DNA of 29,687 nt, taken from positions 1 to 29,687 of IMG/VR virus record IMGVR_UViG_3300043185_000108. One strand, 5' to 3'. Shown here piece by piece: positions 25,037 to 29,687 of the stretch. The translations under genes and the position numbers were made by a program. The stretch is from a virus (lineage: Duplodnaviria > Caudoviricetes). The notes beneath the pieces are model-generated. The model was given only the letters and a program-made list of their open reading frames with translations, searched no databases and was not told where the DNA came from. The first letter of the stretch is position 1. The number at the start of each line of letters is the position of its first letter.

Positions 25037-26158
25037 CTATCCTCCTCGGCCGCCTTCGGTGCGGTAGTTTTGCAGGAACAGCATCGTCGTCTCCCCGTCA
25101 GGGGAGTCGCCAGCGACGTGCTGAGCCACGGCCTGTTCGATGACCGCGACACCCGCTCCCAAGCTCTTGACCATTCGGTCGGCCAGGAAAAGTGGGTATG
25201 GCTCGATGACAGCAGGGCTGAAGAACTGCCGCTCGATGCCGTGCAGCACAATCGACAAACGGGGCAGGCTGGACGCGATTGGCTTTGGCAATTCCAGCCT
25301 GATCGCGGGCACCCAGCCAAAGGGCCGGAAGAAGATGACGCGCATGTCCGCCAAATGCTGATTGATGAGCTTCTGCGTCTGCTCTGGGCAACTTCCCTTC
25401 GGCAGGTGGTATTCCTGATCCTCGCCGCCGAAATGGTAGATCGGCTCAGGAGCCGTGTATTCACCGGGGGACAAGATCAACGTCGCCAGGGTTTTCCCAT
25501 CCGTTTCGGGCAAGTTGTTGCCCGTGAGCAAATCCGCGAGCTCGTTTCGACCCGAGTACTTCGGGACGGCAACGGTGCGCTCACTTCCCAGCAATCCCAC
25601 GAATCGGTCAAGGACTTCTTCATCATGCCAACGTCGTTGAAACTCATCGCGGAGCATCTGCGGGGCCTCGCCAACGCTCGTCAACCCTTGGTTCAGGTAG
25701 ATCAGCAGGATGATGAAGGAGCCGTCCAGCAGCACGAGGTCGTGCGGGGCCTTCGCCGCAAGATCGAGTTCCATCGAGATCATCAGGCCGCGCAGCGTGT
25801 TGGTGACGTTTTTGCTGTGCTCAAGCGACTCGACCCACATCCGGTGGTGCGGTTTCTCCCAATGGCGCTTCGCCTCCTTCGAGGTTCCCTCGACGGCCAC
25901 GGACGCGGCCGCACACAAGTCAACCGCCGTGAGACGATGGACCTGGTAGGAACCGTCGATACCAACGACAGAAGGCTCACGCGGAACATCCAGGTCCGCC
26001 TTTCGTCGAATCCAGCCGCGCCGTTCGGCCTCAGTGCGCAGAGATGGCTTGGCCCGCCGGAGGGCTTGCAGGTTTTGATTTACGCCCTCCGCAACCGGCA
26101 AGGCCTTGGCCAGGAGGTCTTGCACCAGCGCGTCTGGAAGATCGGCAAAGGCTTCCAA
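25037..26158 (-). CDS. nurA: NurA-family nuclease
   Basis: VVGIDGS, ME, VLLDGS, AVPKYS and PYPLFLADRMVK; adjacent to herA. Confidence 0.85.
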   Translation of the reverse strand: MEAFADLPDALVQDLLAKALPVAEGVNQNLQALRRAKPSLRTEAERRGWIRRKADLDVPREPSVVGIDGSYQVHRLTAVDLCAAASVAVEGTSKEAKRHWEKPHHRMWVESLEHSKNVTNTLRGLMISMELDLAAKAPHDLVLLDGSFIILLIYLNQGLTSVGEAPQMLRDEFQRRWHDEEVLDRFVGLLGSERTVAVPKYSGRNELADLLTGNNLPETDGKTLATLILSPGEYTAPEPIYHFGGEDQEYHLPKGSCPEQTQKLINQHLADMRVIFFRPFGWVPAIRLELPKPIASSLPRLSIVLHGIERQFFSPAVIEPYPLFLADRMVKSLGAGVAVIEQAVAQHVAGDSPDGETTMLFLQNYRTEGGRGG

Positions 26159-26181
26159 GGCTTCACCCTTTGAAACTCATG

Positions 26182-27330
26182 TCACTTTCGACAAAGGCGA
26201 AAGGACTCGTTGGAGTAGTCCGCGAATTCCCGATTGCGCTCAGCACGAGGGATGAGCCATCGATTACGGAAGAACGCTGCAAGATCATCAGCGGGCTGGT
26301 GAAACCACAATAGCCGCTGGTGCTCGCCGCGGAGGAACTCGCGGGCGTTTTTCGCCAGAGGCATGACGAACAACTCTCGGCGAATCCCGTGGTTCATCAA
26401 GTTGCCGGAAAGGCCGACGTGGGCCAGGACCCGTCGAACGACTTCACGACGGTTGCGAAACCCCGTTCCCCAGGATTCGTGCTTGGCCGTCTTGTCACAG
26501 TATTTCTCCGCGTAATCACGCAGCTGAGAATAAGCCCCGTTGCTGAACTGAAACTCGCCCCAACCGCTCGTATGGCCGACGGACAGCATCAGCAACCTGT
26601 CGTGATACCGCAGGCGGTTGTAGATCGAAGAACGCCCCAGGGCCGAGGTGGTCGCAATCAGGGCCAGACGTCCGTCGGCGGTAGCGCCTGTGATCAGGGA
26701 CTCCCCCTCGCCGTACTTTCGCTGAAACGCCCGTCTCACTTCGTCGCTGGCACACAGCATGGCGACCAGCTTGCCGCCGAGTAACATGGAGTACGGCGGC
26801 ACAGCCCCGAGGATGAACGCCTCCAGGACGTTCCGCAGCCTGGCTTTCCGGGCGTTCAGGTTCCAGCCTATCCAGGCATCGCGTGCCGCCACGCTGAAGA
26901 CCGGATCGCACAGCCCGAACAGGCCGATCAGTTTGCCGTTGTGGGCATCCTCGACCAGGAAGCGCAAGCGCCGGCCGTAACCCGACGATGTGGGAATGCT
27001 CCAGTGCAGGCTCGCATAGCGGAAGAGGAGCTCGTCCTCTGAGTCGGGGCGTACCTCAACGAGACGTGGAGCGACCTTCGCTGGTTCGACCTCGCTTCCC
27101 GAAGCGATGCGCCCGAGCAACCGGTCCTCATAACGCCCGAGGCGTGGCTGGGCTTCCTCGACGCGATGCTGGACGGACAAGCGGTGCAGGCATCGGAGCT
27201 TGTCCTTGGTCGCCTTCTTGGACAAGACAATCTGATCGTCTCGAATGCGAAAGCCCTGCCGGCGCAGGGAATCTTCGATCAGTTCGCGTAGCTTGGCCCG
27301 TTTCTGGGATGAAGCTTTGGTCATGTTCAT
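26182..27330 (-). CDS. DUF4338 / Druantia DruA-like protein
   Basis: WSIPTSSGYGRRLRFLV.D..NGKLIG...L.DPV.....RD.WIGW, GAVPPY..LLGGKLVA and TTSALGRSSIYNRL. Confidence 0.8.
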   Translation of the reverse strand: MNMTKASSQKRAKLRELIEDSLRRQGFRIRDDQIVLSKKATKDKLRCLHRLSVQHRVEEAQPRLGRYEDRLLGRIASGSEVEPAKVAPRLVEVRPDSEDELLFRYASLHWSIPTSSGYGRRLRFLVEDAHNGKLIGLFGLCDPVFSVAARDAWIGWNLNARKARLRNVLEAFILGAVPPYSMLLGGKLVAMLCASDEVRRAFQRKYGEGESLITGATADGRLALIATTSALGRSSIYNRLRYHDRLLMLSVGHTSGWGEFQFSNGAYSQLRDYAEKYCDKTAKHESWGTGFRNRREVVRRVLAHVGLSGNLMNHGIRRELFVMPLAKNAREFLRGEHQRLLWFHQPADDLAAFFRNRWLIPRAERNREFADYSNESFRLCRK

Positions 27331-27797
27331 GGTTCCGAAATACCACTCTTTGGGGATTTTACGGGAAGAACCATCACATCGCTATGTTGGTTGGGCTCAG
27401 CAAGCTCGTGCCACATTCGACGCTGTTTCCGCCAATCAGGCGCAGCTGAAATCGGCTGCAGCTGACGCAAGTGGATCGGGTCGCGGCCATGCTCCGTCCG
27501 GGGCAGGAAGAGGATAGCCGCCTGGATGTCAGGGGCCAGGTTCAAGAGATTCATGATCTGGCTGATGCGCGGGCGGCTCACATGGCCCAGCGCGGCCAGT
27601 TCGCCGAAGGCGGAAACCTGGCCGGCGCGGAGGTACTCCTCGAAGCGAATCGCCAGCGCCATGAGGCGGGCGACGCGCGGGACCCGCCCTGGCTCCCTGA
27701 CCGGGCGCGGCGGTTCCTGCCCGACTGCCATTTCCCGACGGCTGCCCCGGCCGCGCCGGCGGAAGTGGACGTTGCACTCGAAGGTGGGATTCGTCAT
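27327..27797 (-). CDS. HTH protein associated with the serine recombinase module
   Basis: ELAALGHVSRPRISQIMNLLNLAPDIQ helix-turn-helix; ATGA couplings at both ends; AGGAG RBS. Confidence 0.75.
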   Translation of the reverse strand: MTNPTFECNVHFRRRGRGSRREMAVGQEPPRPVREPGRVPRVARLMALAIRFEEYLRAGQVSAFGELAALGHVSRPRISQIMNLLNLAPDIQAAILFLPRTEHGRDPIHLRQLQPISAAPDWRKQRRMWHELAEPNQHSDVMVLPVKSPKSGISEP

Positions 27798-29379
27798 GCG
27801 ATCTTCTCCTTGGGTTGGTTGGCCAGTTCACCAGCCAGCGTTTTGATGCCCGTCGGATGAAAGGTAATGGCGATCTTGCCCTTGGCCCCGTCGTAATCGA
27901 CGCGCTCCACGAGCAGTTGAACCACGCGGGTCTGCTCGCGAAGCGTCAAGGATTCCCAAACTGGACTGAAGACCGATAGGGCCAAGGCGATCTCACGCTC
28001 ATCAACCAGGGTTCGGCTGAGCAGGATGATCTCCTCGCGAATCTCCGTAGCACGGCGCTCTGCGACGCGGATGCGCTCCTGTACGTCGGCCAGGCGCGCG
28101 ACAGCCGGCGTGTCACCGTCGCACGGAGCGACCTGCTCAAGGAGTTTGCGGACCCGGCGCTCCATCGCGCCAGTTCGCGCTCCAGACGCCGGCGCTCGGC
28201 CTCCAACTCCGCGACGCGGGCAACGCCTTGGGCGCGGGCCTCCTTGAACGTCGCATTCAGCATCGTCGGGTCCTTGCCGATACACTTGATCTGCTCAACC
28301 ACGAACCGCTCGATCTCGCCAGCGGGCACGGCCTTCGACGGGCATGAGTGCCAGCCCCGTTTCTGAGCGTTGGAGCAGACGTAATAGCGATAGCGCTTGT
28401 TGCCGTTCCGGGTCGTGTGCGTCGGCGTCATGGCGCAGTCGCAAGGCACGCAACGCAGGACGCCCTTGAGAAGCGCCCCGAATTTGTTTCGCACCAGCGC
28501 TCCCCCGTTGCGGCCATTCCGCTGCAGCAAGGCCTGAACGCGCTGCCAGATGGCGGCGTCCACGATGGCGGCGTGCTCACCGTCGTGGGTTTCGTGCTTG
28601 TACTTGATCTTGCCGACGTAGGCGACATTGGTGAGCAGCTTGTGCAAGCTGGTCTTGGTGAATTGCTTGCCTCCGCGCTCGCGGCCCTTCCGCGTGGTCC
28701 AGCGTTTGTTGAGCCAGCCCCGTCGATTCAGCTCTTCGACGACCGGCATCATGGCCTGGTGCTGAAGGTAAAGCTCGAAGATCGCCCGCACGCGCCCAGC
28801 CTCGTCCTCGTTGACGATCAGCTTGAAGCCGCGCGGGTCGATGTCATATCCCAGGATCGGGTGCCCACCGGCCCATTTTCCCTTGCGCCGGGCGGCGGCG
28901 ATCTTGTCGCGAGTCCGCTCCGAGATGATTTCGCGCTCGAACTGGGCGAACGAGAGGAGCACGTTCAGGACCAGCCGGCCCATCGACGACGCCGTGTTGA
29001 ACTGTTGGGTGACCGACACGAAGGAAACCTGGTGCTTCTCGAACACCTCCATCATCCTGGCGAAGTCGAGAAGCGACCGGCTGAGGCGGTCCACTTTGTA
29101 GACAACGACGCAGTCGATCTTGCCCGCGTCGATGTCCGCCTTTAGCCGCCTGAGCGCGGGCCGGTCCATGTTGCCGCCGGTGAAGCCGCCATCGTCGTAA
29201 TGGCCCGGCAGGCATTCCCAGCCTTCGTGCGTTTGGCTTTTGATGTACGCCTCGCCGGACTCGCGCTGGGCGTCGAGCGAGTTGAACTCCTGCTCCAGGC
29301 CCTCCTCCGTGGATTTGCGCGTGTAGATGGCGCAGCGGACGGTTGGCTTGGGCGGTGGTGCTTTGCGTGTCTTGCTCAT
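27794..29379 (-). pseudogene. Large serine recombinase (integrase) with a 1-nt frameshift near 28154
   Basis: AIYTRKST, YDDGGFTG...RPAL, VYKVDRLSRS, FAQFERE, recombinase domain and Zn ribbon (CVPC...YYVC...C). The coiled-coil and C-terminus continue in another frame (ORF 27794-28285). Confidence 0.88.
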
Positions 29380-29687
29380 CGGCCTTCCTCCTTTCCGAGG
29401 CGAAAGAAGTAGTAGCCGTTGCAGTGCTGGCCGGTGATCGCCCTGGCCACAGCGCTGAGCGACTTGTAGACCTCGCCCTCGAACTCGAAGCCATGCGGCA
29501 AAACCTTGACGTGCAGGGATTCGCCTTTGTACGCGCGGGTGATGACCGTGCCGGGCAGCGGCAGGCGGTCGTCCCCCTTGACGCGAAGCGCCGCCGTCCT
29601 GGTGCGCTCGGCCACGGCCGGGCCAGCCTTGGCCTTCGGCGGCGAGAGCCGCAGGTCGGCGTCGTTGGCCAGCTCGACAGCCCGCTG
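29376..29687 (-). CDS. DUF2924 domain protein (5' end outside window)
   Basis: ELANDADLR...RLPLPGTVITRAYKG....V.V...GFEFEG..YKSLSAVARAITGQHCNGYYFFRL; ATGA overlap with the recombinase start. Confidence 0.88.
   Translation of the reverse strand, partial: QRAVELANDADLRLSPPKAKAGPAVAERTRTAALRVKGDDRLPLPGTVITRAYKGESLHVKVLPHGFEFEGEVYKSLSAVARAITGQHCNGYYFFRLGKEEGR

Larger units (their letters stand above)
4451..29687 (-). mobile_element. Integrated prophage-like element, probably defective; likely also includes 1-2852 and extends beyond the window
   Basis: Integration, replication, packaging, head and tail modules in co-oriented order; att sites not visible. Confidence 0.85.

Noticed and set aside
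26182-27330. Complete Druantia system, or DUF4338 as a transposon-associated gene
   Set aside because: No DruE helicase or DruB-D genes and no transposase nearby.
1-29687. tRNA, rRNA, IS elements and att sites
   Set aside because: None recognisable by eye; the element ends appear to lie outside the window.

Overview
GC-rich window that is almost entirely one integrated, probably defective, prophage-like element, read mostly on the minus strand. The ECF sigma type suggests a Planctomycetota (Gemmataceae-like) host. From right to left: (1) a DUF2924 protein, a large serine recombinase with a 1-nt frameshift and a small HTH protein; (2) a three-gene accessory cassette of DruA(DUF4338)-like, NurA and HerA, the best candidate for an undescribed defence system; (3) a replication module (DUF669 SSB, RusA, SF2 helicase, Prim-Pol primase-helicase) followed by an iteron-rich candidate origin and a lambda-cosQ-like motif; (4) a ParB-fused DNA methyltransferase and a DUF1937 protein; (5) a counter-oriented cluster of small genes containing a type II hammerhead ribozyme; (6) lambda-type terminase and portal, a protease-scaffold-capsid fusion, and neck and tail genes with a candidate -1 frameshift; (7) a tape-measure gene cut off exactly at the stop codon of an opposite-strand, membrane-anchored ECF sigma gene; (8) a coupled operon of a Ser/Gly-rich protein, a fungal-type GT71 mannosyltransferase and an FkbM methyltransferase, a candidate virion or surface glycosylation module. 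All family calls come from reading motifs by eye; no database searches were run.
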